Origin: Wolbachia endosymbiont of Drosophila innubila
Lineage (GTDB): Bacteria > Pseudomonadota > Alphaproteobacteria > Rickettsiales > Anaplasmataceae
NCBI RefSeq assembly: GCF_021378375.1
Contig: NZ_CP076228.1
Location: 660,001 to 692,000 of the forward strand
DNA length: 32,000 bases
Direction of reading: 5' to 3'
Part shown: positions 23,522-32,000 of the stretch, piece by piece
How the letters are laid out: each line of letters starts with the position of its first letter
Position numbering within the stretch: the stretch's first letter is position 1
Notes under the pieces: model-generated
The model's database searches: none
Told to the model about the DNA's origin: nothing
What the model saw: the letters and a program-made list of their open reading frames with translations, nothing else
Made by a program: the position numbers and the translations under genes

Positions 23522-24571
23522 ATGCTCACTTATATACACGAATTAATTGACAAAAGTCAAGGATCAATATCCATCAGTGATTTCATGAATGCCGTTTTGT
23601 ACCATGAAAAATACGGCTATTATACAAGTAAATTACCGCTTGGTAAGGATGGTGATTTTACTACCGCACCTGAGATCAGCCAATTATTTGGTGAAGTAAT
23701 TGCAGTTTGGATAATGCATACATGGGAAAAATTAGGAAAGCCATCAAAATTTTCTCTAGTTGAACTTGGGCCAGGCAAAGGAACACTCATTCACGATATA
23801 ATAAGAGTCACTAAAAAATACAGCAGCTTTTTTAATTCAATGTTGATCCACTTAGTTGAAATAAGCCCTACTTTACGGAAGATACAAAAGGAAAAATTAA
23901 AAAGCTTAGATGTTAATTGGCACAAAAATATTGACAACCTACCAGAACAACCAACCATTTTTTTAGCAAATGAGTTCTTTGACGCTCTTCCGATAGATCA
24001 GTTTGTATATCATGATGAGGGGTGGTATGAAAATATGGTGACAAAACAAGATGATGGCAGTCTCTTGGTGTCATGCCAGTGCGTGACACTGGAATCCAGA
24101 AAAAAAGAATCATGGATTCCAGTGTCAGCTACTCAGATGACAAATGGAAAATTTTTTAATGGTGCAGTGGTGGAAATATGTTCAGTTGGGGTTGAAATAT
24201 TAAAAAAACTTGAGAAGAAGATATATAATAATAAAGGAGCTGCTTTGATTGTAGATTACGGTTATGTATACCCCGCATATAAGAGCACTTTGCAATCGAT
24301 AAAACAACATAAGTATGCTAATTTTCTTGAGAATGTTGGTAATAGTGATATTACCGCACTTGTGAACTTTCAAGCGTTAAGAGATCCATTAAAGCATGTA
24401 GATTGTGAGATTTTAACTCAAAGGGAATTTTTATATCTTTTTGGCATAAAAGAAAGAACCCAGGCTTTAATGAAAAGCGCAAGTGATGAACAAAAGAATA
24501 GGATCTTTAGTGAATTCTTAAGGTTGACTGAAAATATGGGCACTCTTTTTAAAGCAATGCTATTGATATAG
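23522..24571 (+). CDS. Class I SAM-dependent methyltransferase, MidA/NDUFAF7 (DUF185) family, carrying an in-frame palindromic-repeat insertion
   Basis: It has ...YYTSKLPLGKDGDFTTAPEISQLFGE...LVELGPGKGTL...ANEFFDALP...IVDYGY motifs. The segment VSCQCVTLESRKKESWIPVSATQMT is encoded by repeat DNA. Confidence 0.8.
   Translation: MLTYIHELIDKSQGSISISDFMNAVLYHEKYGYYTSKLPLGKDGDFTTAPEISQLFGEVIAVWIMHTWEKLGKPSKFSLVELGPGKGTLIHDIIRVTKKYSSFFNSMLIHLVEISPTLRKIQKEKLKSLDVNWHKNIDNLPEQPTIFLANEFFDALPIDQFVYHDEGWYENMVTKQDDGSLLVSCQCVTLESRKKESWIPVSATQMTNGKFFNGAVVEICSVGVEILKKLEKKIYNNKGAALIVDYGYVYPAYKSTLQSIKQHKYANFLENVGNSDITALVNFQALRDPLKHVDCEILTQREFLYLFGIKERTQALMKSASDEQKNRIFSEFLRLTENMGTLFKAMLLI
24067..24142. repeat. 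Palindromic repeat element inserted in frame within the midA-like CDS
   Basis: The sequence is ggtgtcatgccagtgcgtgacactggaatccag-aaaaaaagaatcat-ggattccagtgtcagctactcagatgaca. Its arms match the intergenic elements at 11790-11831, 11914-11950 and 13174-13200. The ends are approximate to within a few nt. Confidence 0.75.
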
Positions 24572-24755
24572 CTAACCCAAGAAAGGTTCCCCTACATCAT
24601 ACCGCCGCGATATCTCAGCATAGATTCCGCTAACGAGTAGCGGAATGACGAGCTTATCGTCATGCCGCCGCGAACCGTCATACCGCTGCGGTATCTCAGC
24701 CGCTAATAAGTAGCGGGATGACGGTTGTCTCCTAGCTGTCATCCCAGTACTGGTA
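24568..24755. repeat. Palindromic repeat cluster R5
   Basis: It starts with atagctaacccaagaaagg, overlapping the midA-like TAG stop. Three cgtcat..ccgc/gcgg..atgacg-type units follow, then ctagctgtcatcccagtactgg. Confidence 0.8.
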
Positions 24756-25284
24756 GACTCAAATCACAATGCTCGTATAGCTGCAACCCTGGAGGTACTG
24801 TTTCTCACCCACTGCAAATATTGCACGGTACTGTCCACTTGGTCGTCGTGGCGCGTTTCAGGAAACATTAAAATCTCATACTCAAAATCGTTCAGCCATA
24901 CTGCTTGATGTGGCAGAAAAACCTTGCCAGACTCTATAATCGGAACAATTTGATGAAATCGAGTGAGCTTGTCATCATGTGGCACTATTTCAATAATCGG
25001 TAAATCACTGTTTGTCTTTAGCTCTTGCACCAATTGTTGACCACTTGTTTTTGCTTCGATTAAAATTGCGTGTGGCGTCCATCTTGCAGCTAGTGACAAA
25101 ACCTGTTCTTTAAGCTTTGGATACTCAAGCTTTGCGCGATATACGTCGAGTAAATAGAATTTATTATCTATTTTTGCCCAGGTGGTGCAGACACTAAAGT
25201 TGCTCATGTTACTTGTTGAAACCGCAGTATCCCAACTTTGTGTTATATGCGAGAGATTATCAGGAAATTTTTTATAGCGTTTCA

Positions 25285-26199
25285 GAGGTTGTTCGGAAAC
25301 TAGTAAATTCAAGCATATTCCCTCTTTAACATAACCCTACTCATAGCTAGGTATATGAAATTCTCAGTGGATGTTGTGAGTAAATCATACTCCTTCGATA
25401 GCCTTCTATTCCTATTAACCCAAGCAAAAGTCCTTTCTACAACCCATCTTCTTGGCTGTACTTTAAACCCTTGTTCTCTTGTTGGTAGTAGCTCAGGTGG
25501 CGTATCTTTGTGCACCCAAAATCTACATGGAGGCCTTTTAACAATTTCAATATCTATGTCATATTCTTCCTTTATGTGATTCTTTAAATTTCTTCCTTGG
25601 TATCCCATGTCAGCCCACATTTTTTTAACTTTAGTATATTTTGTTCTCATATTGTTTAATGCTATTTTAATACCATCTCTATCATTTTCGTTAGCAGCGC
25701 CTACGTAACAACCTAGTATAAAACCCTGAGTGTCTGTAATTATATGCCTTTTTTCTACCCTTTACTTTTTACTTCCATCATAGCCTTTGATCCCCCTTTT
25801 CTGTAGTCTTTACAGATTGACTATCTACTATACAGGCACTCGGCTGCTCATTCTTTCCTATTTTTCTTCTACTATATTTTGTAATTTCATAATTCATTTT
25901 CTCAAAAATTCCCTGCTTCTTCCATTGCCTGAACTGCTCATACACAGTCTTCCATAGCGGAAAATCATTTGGTAAATACCGCCATTGACACCCTGTACGC
26001 AATACATAGAAAATTGCTTCTAATATTTCTTTTTTGCTATACTTTGGCAGCCTTCCTCCTTTCTTGTATGATACTCTGAAGTGTTTTTCTATTCTTGCCC
26101 ATTCCCTTTCGCTTAGATCTGTTGGATACTTTTTTCTCATCTTTACCCCGTACTAAAATTTCAGATATTATAGCCTTTTACTTGTTTCCGGACAACCTC
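25285..26199 (-). mobile_element. IS5-family insertion sequence (ISWpi1-like), copy 2, 915 bp, inside the terminase gene
   Basis: It has the same inverted repeats as copy 1, with a TCA direct duplication at 25282-25284 and 26200-26202. Removing the IS plus one TCA restores the terminase frame ...PEWLKRYKKFPDN.... Confidence 0.92.
25309..26140 (-). pseudogene. IS5-family transposase (orfA intact; orfB broken near its 5' end)
   Basis: orfA is 25778..26140. The C-terminal 113 aa (25309..25650) are in frame. The segment encoding ...KSKKGRKRH... is disrupted, reading ccttttttctaccctttac versus cctttttctaccctttttac in copy 1. Confidence 0.85.
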
Positions 26200-27145
26200 T
26201 CAACCACTCTGGTTTAATTATACCACTTGAAAGCGGCAGAGGGTTTTGTTGATATTGAGCAGCAAAAGCGTAACTCCCAAGTTCAGCTTTTATTATCTCA
26301 ACTTCTTCTTTTCCTCCATCGAGGGGATATAACAACTGACCTTCTTCTCTTGAATATAATATCCTTACAGGTGACGCTGGTTTATTATATAATCGCCTGG
26401 TCGCACAGTGCTGAGCTACTCGGATGACAGGAACGGGAGGCATTGGCTTTTGATTGAATAAATAACCTGCTTATTTTCAGAAATCATTGGCAAACAAATA
26501 TGATGCCATATGTTTTTTGGCTTGGAGAGAAGGTGTCCAGTTAAGTCCTCCTGGTGTAGCCTGTGCATTACAAGAACGATGACTCCTTTTTTTCTATCGT
26601 TCAGCCTGGTTACTAAAGTCTGATCAAACCAGTTTGTGGCACGCTTTCTAAGCGTTTCACTCAAAGCTTGAGCAGAACTGAGCGGATCGTCCACAATGAT
26701 AAAATCACCACCTTCACCAGTTAGTGTTCCACCAACTGATGTTGCGATTCTGTATCCTCTCTGCACTGTTTGAAATTTATATTTGGTATTCTGGTCTTTG
26801 GATAGTTCTATCTCTGGAAATAGCGCTCTATACCAACTAGACTGCATCACGCACCTGGTGTCGAGCGAGTGCTTTTCGCTGAGCCGCTGAGAATAACTTG
26901 CAACTATTATTCTCGCAGTTGCCCAGTATCCATGCGGGCCACGCAACGCTTATGCACATGGACTTCATCGAGCGCGGAGGCATATTGAATATTATTCGTT
27001 TCACTTCACCAGCGCTCGCTGCTTCCAGCCTGTCTGCTATGACTTTTATATACTGATAATCGTTATACTCACACCCCGGCACTACCGTTTGAAAGCACAG
27101 TTCAATGAATTTTAGAAAGTTCATGATATAATGTTGAAACCAACG

Positions 27146-27350
27146 CGTGACGCTGGGATGACAAAAAAAGGAGCACTGGAATGACACCTTACTTAACCGT
27201 CATACCGCGATTCATTCGCGGTATCTCAAAGCATAGATCCCGCTAACACGTAGCGGGATACTTAACCATCATCTACACCGTCATACCGCGATTCATTCGC
27301 GGTATCTCAGCCGCTAACAAGAGATCCCGCTAACAAGCAGCGGGATGACG
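27146..27350. repeat. Palindromic repeat cluster R6, immediately upstream of the terminase relic
   Basis: It contains gggatgacaaaaaaaggagcactggaatgacacc, then two units of ccgtcataccgcgattcattcgcggtatctca...cccgctaaca.gtagcgggat..., ending gcgggatgacg at 27350. Confidence 0.8.
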
Positions 27351-27361
27351 ATTGTCGTTTA

Positions 27362-27627
27362 GCTGCAAACGTTAAGAAATTTACCAAATGAAAAAAAAGG
27401 CAAAAGAAGCCCTGGGGTTATTATCCGCTTTAAAATATTGGCGTTTTTTATGTTTTAAACGCTTGACAAGCAAGATTAAGCTGCTTTTAATTGCAACTAA
27501 CTTACGCTGCAAATGTTTAAGAAATTTACTAAGCAGAAAAAAAGACAAAGAATCCCCGAGTTAGCTAGTCTTTTACTATCTCTGTCGAGTATTGGCATTT
27601 TTTGATGTCTTGTAACGCTTTATAAGC
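27362..27627 (+). repeat. Diverged tandem duplication (two units of about 110-122 bp separated by about 34 bp)
   Basis: Unit A (27362-27471) is gctgcaaacgttaagaaatttaccaaatgaaaaaaaaggcaaaagaagccc...attggcgttttttatgttttaaacgcttgacaagc. Unit B (27506-27627) is gctgcaaatgtttaagaaatttactaagcagaaaaaaagacaaagaatcccc...attggcattttttgatgtcttgtaacgctttataagc. Confidence 0.65.
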
Positions 27628-27863
27628 GCGTTCAGCTTATTTAGATAAAAATCTAGATGTAGATGAAGTTTTGTAAAGACATACAGTATCTATACACTGC
27701 AAAAAATTGAACATAAGACGCCGATACATTAAGTAATCCTTACCTTTTAATCTGCAGATTGGCGAAAGCAAATACAATAGCTTCACTATCATGATAAGGG
27801 CGCTGGCGAAGGGTGTTAAGTAAGTTTTTTCGTTTCTATTCCCAATAAAAGTTTGTTATATGG

Positions 27864-29438
27864 TTATGCAAGAAGTTTAATACTCATAGTTTCAAGCATA
27901 TACTGAAATATTTCATTAGCTATAGCAACATCTTGGCGTGGGGCTTTGCCGTGTTCTATAAACACAGAGATTGCATAGCGCGGGTTATGGTAAGGGCCAT
28001 AGGCGATAAATAACTTATGACTTTCGCCCTTAGAGTTTATTTCTGGTGTACCGGTTTTGCCAGCAATTTGTATACCGCTTAGCCCTTTCTTATAGGTTCC
28101 AGTTTTAGAATTCACCACGTCAAACATAGCTTTTCGAACTATGCTAAGATGCTCACAATCCACATCAATATCGGGAAAATCTTGTATCGTTTCATTCATC
28201 TTAATGCGGGGAATTACCTCTTTTCCTGTTGCAATCCTCGCTGCAAGAACTGCAAGCTGTAGTGGTGTTGTAAGCATATACCCTTGTCCTATAACTAAGT
28301 TGATAGTGTCACCTAAATACCACTGCGAATATAGCTTTCGTGTACGCCAATCTCTATCTGGCAACAACCCTGGAGCTTCTTCTTTAAACGTTCCAATCAG
28401 TGGCCCACTTCCAATACCAAATTTTCTGGCCATTTCTACTAGAGAGTCTACACTTATTTTTTTCCCTATATTATAAAAGTAAGTGTTGCATGATAATGCC
28501 ATTGCCTCATTTAAAGATACATACCCATGGACTTTGCTTTTCAGACAACGAAATTTCCGCTCACCTATTTTCATATAGCCCTTGCACGAGAATTTCTCTT
28601 CTGGTGTTATTATCCCGTCTTTTAAACCCGCAAGCGCAACTATTACTTTAAATATTGAACCAGGTGGAATTTGATATGATAACGCACGATTCACGAGCGG
28701 CAATGAAGGAGCATTCAAGCTCTCCCAAGTCTCATTTGATAGCCTGCTAGCAAAAAGATTATTATCGTAAGAAGGTGAATTATATAATGCTAAAATTTCT
28801 CCATTATTTACATCAATTACCACTGCGGAGCCTTGGTGATCTTTAAATACCTCTGCGGTTTTCTCTTGCAGATTAATATCAATTGTCAGTTGTACATCTT
28901 GTCCGTCTTGTTGTGGTATGCTTGATAATTCTTTTATGACGCGTTTTTTAGAATTTATTTCCTGCTCAGATTTTCCTGACTTGCCTTTCAATATATGATC
29001 ATATGTATATTCAATACCGCTGATTCCTACTTCGCTTATGCCTTGCTGTCTTTTTGTATATCCGATTACATGAGAACACATTGAACCAAACGGGTAATAA
29101 CGTTTATAAAGAGCAGTTATTTTTTCTGACGATTTTGCTATTTTAGACTCGACTTCTGATAATGTCTGCAAATCAACTTCCTTACCAGAACCATCAAACA
29201 AAACAACATACGAAATTTTGTTTACCGCAAGTTCAATGCTATTCCTATCTAAAATTTTGCCCCGCTTAGGCATAATAGTAGCAACTCTTATTCTATTACT
29301 ATTAGATAGTGCTTCGTACTTTTGTCTGTTTCGTATTTGTAAATTATATAACCTGCAACTAAAAACCGCAGAAATGGTAAGCTGAATACCACCTAATATG
29401 AATGCTCTGCGGTTAAAGACTTTGTTTTTTGTCCACAT
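27864..29438 (-). CDS. mrdA: Penicillin-binding protein 2 (peptidoglycan D,D-transpeptidase)
   Basis: It has an N-terminal membrane anchor (AFILGGIQLTISAVF), PBP dimerisation-domain sequence, and the transpeptidase motifs PGSIFK (SxxK), SCN (SxN) and KTGT. Length is 524 aa. Confidence 0.88.
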   Translation of the reverse strand: MWTKNKVFNRRAFILGGIQLTISAVFSCRLYNLQIRNRQKYEALSNSNRIRVATIMPKRGKILDRNSIELAVNKISYVVLFDGSGKEVDLQTLSEVESKIAKSSEKITALYKRYYPFGSMCSHVIGYTKRQQGISEVGISGIEYTYDHILKGKSGKSEQEINSKKRVIKELSSIPQQDGQDVQLTIDINLQEKTAEVFKDHQGSAVVIDVNNGEILALYNSPSYDNNLFASRLSNETWESLNAPSLPLVNRALSYQIPPGSIFKVIVALAGLKDGIITPEEKFSCKGYMKIGERKFRCLKSKVHGYVSLNEAMALSCNTYFYNIGKKISVDSLVEMARKFGIGSGPLIGTFKEEAPGLLPDRDWRTRKLYSQWYLGDTINLVIGQGYMLTTPLQLAVLAARIATGKEVIPRIKMNETIQDFPDIDVDCEHLSIVRKAMFDVVNSKTGTYKKGLSGIQIAGKTGTPEINSKGESHKLFIAYGPYHNPRYAISVFIEHGKAPRQDVAIANEIFQYMLETMSIKLLA

Positions 29439-30232
29439 AACATTCCTTCAAAACACACTTTTTTCCCCTCTTTTATTGTTACACTTCTGGCTTTTACCGT
29501 ATTACAAACCCTTTTTTCCCACTCACTTAAGGTCACAAACTTATAACCTGATTTTTTTAGTATTTTAATAATATGAGGTAAAGCTTCAATTGTGTTTGAC
29601 CTGTTATTGTGATCATGAAACAGTATAACTGCTCCATTATGTACATTACTTAAAACTCTTTCAACTAAAGTTTCTGGCTTATCACCTTGCCAATCTAGCG
29701 AATCAACTGTCCATAATATTGAATACATATTTAATTGATCAGTATTTTCAATCAGATTATCGTCATAACATCCATATGGCGGACGAAACCATTTTACATC
29801 TTGTTTTATTGCATTTTTAATTGCTGTATTTGTCTTTTCCAATTCTTGCAATTGTTCCTCACTTGAAAGTGATGTCAACTTCCTATGCGACCAAGAGTGA
29901 TTGCCTAACTCATGACCTGATTCATGAATTTTCTTTACTATTTTAGACGTTTTTTCATTTATACGTTCACCAAGCACAAAAAATGTTGCTTTTGCTTCAT
30001 AGCTTTCCAGAACATTAATAATATCGTTTACTCTATTGTTAGACGGTCCATCATCAAACGTAAGCGCAACAAACTTATCGTCGTTATTCAATAATTTTTT
30101 TATATTACTTAAATTTCTATATGATAGATCTAGATTACAACTGAGCCCACAGTATGGTAAATTAAAATTACAATCACTACAAAAAGCCGTACTTGAATAT
30201 AGTAAGAAAAAAGTGATTATCCTTATAAACAT
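29393..30232 (-). CDS. Polysaccharide (peptidoglycan/chitin-type) deacetylase with signal peptide
   Basis: It has NodB-domain motifs (LTFDDGP, HSWSH, RPPYG and LFHD) and an N-terminal signal-like MFIRIITFFLLYSSTAFC. Its 3' end overlaps the mrdA start by 46 nt. Confidence 0.82.
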   Translation of the reverse strand: MFIRIITFFLLYSSTAFCSDCNFNLPYCGLSCNLDLSYRNLSNIKKLLNNDDKFVALTFDDGPSNNRVNDIINVLESYEAKATFFVLGERINEKTSKIVKKIHESGHELGNHSWSHRKLTSLSSEEQLQELEKTNTAIKNAIKQDVKWFRPPYGCYDDNLIENTDQLNMYSILWTVDSLDWQGDKPETLVERVLSNVHNGAVILFHDHNNRSNTIEALPHIIKILKKSGYKFVTLSEWEKRVCNTVKARSVTIKEGKKVCFEGMLCGQKTKSLTAEHSY

Positions 30233-30354
30233 TTGTAATCAGCAAAGTGATAGAATACTACACTTTTTTGCTAAGTTAAGCCATCTTTAATTGCTGTAGC
30301 CTTTACTTCATCGCTTCTTTAATATATTGTATTAATAATTTTATATAATATATT

Positions 30355-31863
30355 ATGATTGCAAATATAAATACCGTTGCGCTTCAGGGAATTAGCACAG
30401 TAAATGTCAATGCACAAATTCATATGGCAAATGGTATTCCAGCTTTTAATATTGTTGGATTGCCAGATAAAACTGTTGCGGAATCCAAAGAACGCATCAG
30501 AGCAGCGTTAAATTCAATCAATCTACTACTACCTCCAAAAAGAATTACAGTTAATCTCTCCCCTGCGGATTTACTGAAAGAAGGTAGTCATTATGACTTG
30601 GCTATTGCTATTGGACTACTTGTTGTAATGAATGTGATACCAGTTGAAAAAGTTCAGTCTTATATCATTATGGGTGAGCTTGCCCTTGATGGCAGAGTTA
30701 TTCCAGTTTCAGGAGTGCTGCCAACAGCGATCAATGCAAAACAGGCAAATAAAGGAGTAATTTGCCCAAGGGGAAATGGAGTAGAGGCTTCATGGGTAAA
30801 GAATGTTTCAATTCTAGCTATAGAGAAATTAACTGATATTATCAGACACTTTAAGGGTGAGCAATTAATTCAGCCAGTAATTTTTAAATATAGTGATGCA
30901 CCCAAAGAAAAAAGATTGGTTCCCGATATGAAGGATATTAAAGGCCAAGTTGTTGCAAAAAGAGCAGCTGAAATTGCAGCAGCAGGTGGGCATAATATGC
31001 TTCTTGTTGGCCCTCCTGGTACTGGAAAATCAATGCTTGCTAAGCGCTTTATAGGATTGCTGCCTGATTTAACCGAACAGGAGATGATTGATGTTAATAT
31101 TATTTCCAGCATAACAAAAACTGGTAATGAAATATTCAAAGTAACTCGCCCCTTTCGTGAACCTCATCACTCATGTTCCATGCCAGCAATGATAGGAGGA
31201 GGAAAGAATGCAAAACCCGGAGAAATTACCATGGCTCACAATGGCGTGTTATTTCTTGATGAGCTACCTGAATTTCCAAGACTCGTGCTTGATTCTCTGC
31301 GCCAACCACTTGAAGATAGAAAAGTTACCGTTGCAAGGGCAAATGCTCACATAACCTACCCTGCCAATTTTCAACTGATAGCTGCAATGAACCCTTGCAG
31401 GTGCGGTTATTTAGGTGATGCAAGCAGATCGTGCAACAAAGCTCCAAAGTGTGGCACAGATTACAAAAACAAAATATCAGGCCCATTGCTTGATAGAATA
31501 GACATATGCATTGAAATGCCAAACGTTAGCATACTCTCTCCTGAAATCTCTGTGGAGGGAGAAAGTACTAAAATTATAAGAGAAAGAGTGATAGCAGCAA
31601 GAAAAGCTCAAACTGAGCGCTATAGTGAATTAAATATTCGTTGCAATTCAGAAGTAAGCGGTGAAGCATTTAATAAATTTACTGAACCAGATCAGGCAGG
31701 GTTAGAATTGCTAAAATACGTACTGAAAGAAAATTACATTTCCAATCGAGGCTACACACGCGTATTAAAAGTTGCAAGAACTATTGCAGATCTTGCAAAA
31801 AGTGAAGAAGTAAAAAGAGCACACATTGCTGAAGCGCTCAATTACAGAATAAAGGTATATTAA
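30355..31863 (+). CDS. YifB/ComM-family Mg-chelatase-like AAA+ ATPase
   Basis: It has an N-terminal Lon-protease-like domain, Walker A GPPGTGKSM, Walker B VLFLDELPEF and a C-terminal ChlI-type helical domain. Length is 502 aa. Confidence 0.9.
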   Translation: MIANINTVALQGISTVNVNAQIHMANGIPAFNIVGLPDKTVAESKERIRAALNSINLLLPPKRITVNLSPADLLKEGSHYDLAIAIGLLVVMNVIPVEKVQSYIIMGELALDGRVIPVSGVLPTAINAKQANKGVICPRGNGVEASWVKNVSILAIEKLTDIIRHFKGEQLIQPVIFKYSDAPKEKRLVPDMKDIKGQVVAKRAAEIAAAGGHNMLLVGPPGTGKSMLAKRFIGLLPDLTEQEMIDVNIISSITKTGNEIFKVTRPFREPHHSCSMPAMIGGGKNAKPGEITMAHNGVLFLDELPEFPRLVLDSLRQPLEDRKVTVARANAHITYPANFQLIAAMNPCRCGYLGDASRSCNKAPKCGTDYKNKISGPLLDRIDICIEMPNVSILSPEISVEGESTKIIRERVIAARKAQTERYSELNIRCNSEVSGEAFNKFTEPDQAGLELLKYVLKENYISNRGYTRVLKVARTIADLAKSEEVKRAHIAEALNYRIKVY

Positions 31864-31946
31864 AAAATCAGTTTACTTGACAGGCAATTTTTTTTACTAT
31901 ATGCTTCCTTAATGAAATTTTAACATTCTATTGAAGGAGTAGAGTT

Positions 31947-32000
31947 ATGGCATTAACAAGTTATAAGTATGGAAAAGAGGATAGCATTTTTCATGCTATT
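31947..32000 (+). CDS. Start of an unidentified gene (runs off window end)
   Basis: The ATG at 31947 is preceded by GAAGGAG 8 nt upstream. The visible sequence is MALTSYKYGKEDSIFHAI..., too short to identify. Confidence 0.35.
   Translation, partial: MALTSYKYGKEDSIFHAI

Larger units (their letters stand above)
24764..27124 (-). pseudogene. Phage terminase large subunit, disrupted by an IS5-family insertion and two frameshifts
   Basis: The N-terminus is MNFLKFIELCFQTVVPGCEYNDYQYIKVIADRLEAASAGEVKRIIFNMPPRSMKS... (start 27124), followed by a frame change near 26925. The next stretch runs ...IIVASYSQRLSEKHSLDTR...DFIIVDDP...LVMHRLHQEDL, with a further frame change near 26440. The sequence ...GIIKPEWL | IS | KRYKKFPDNLSHITQSWDTAVS...HDDQVDS... 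forms the nuclease domain, with the stop at 24764-24766. Confidence 0.85.

Noticed and set aside
2673-26199. Inversion or deletion mediated by recombination between the two same-orientation IS5 copies as the explanation for the split prophage
   Set aside because: Each copy is flanked by its own matching triplet (TAA/TAA and TCA/TCA). Recombination between copies would have produced mismatched flanks. Removing copy 2 also cleanly restores the terminase frame.

Overview
The window is AT-rich (about one third GC by eye). It reads like a Wolbachia-type (Anaplasmataceae/Rickettsiales) chromosome segment, in which small blocks of core genes alternate with decayed mobile DNA. This assignment is an inference from gene content and repeat types; no database search was possible.

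Core genes, all apparently intact:
- phosphomannomutase-family mutase, tsaD, a NifS-like cysteine desulfurase, an alpha/beta hydrolase and a LolD-like ABC ATPase
- an IscA/ErpA-type Fe-S protein, a dGTPase-like HD protein, ribD, rpe and dapD
- a MidA/NDUFAF7-type methyltransferase, PBP2 (mrdA), a polysaccharide deacetylase and a YifB/ComM AAA ATPase

Accessory and mobile content:
- Two separated relics of a lambda-like (phage WO-type) head module. One holds capsid E, decoration protein D and a minor-capsid-C fragment (1-2672). The other is a large terminase pseudogene (24764-27124).
- Two near-identical 914/915-bp IS5-family elements (ISWpi1-like) with 3-bp TNA target duplications.
- Two unrelated IS110-family elements, a compact IS66-family element, a 5'-truncated group II intron and an Rpn/PD-(D/E)XK pseudogene. 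All of their transposase or RT genes are frameshifted.
- At least six clusters of short palindromic repeats, plus one copy inserted in frame inside the midA-like gene.

Most interesting for follow-up:
- a 694-aa eukaryote-like coiled-coil protein with a Ser/Asp/Glu-rich linker (6886-8970)
- an orphan HExxH protein bracketed by two direct copies of a composite palindromic element (11682-13255)
- an IS110/IS1111-type element whose exact ends can be read off an uninterrupted paralogous site in the same window, and whose 3' tail carries guide-like matches to its target and its own ends
- a candidate bridge-RNA region in the other IS110 element

I could not support any tRNA, rRNA or CRISPR array.
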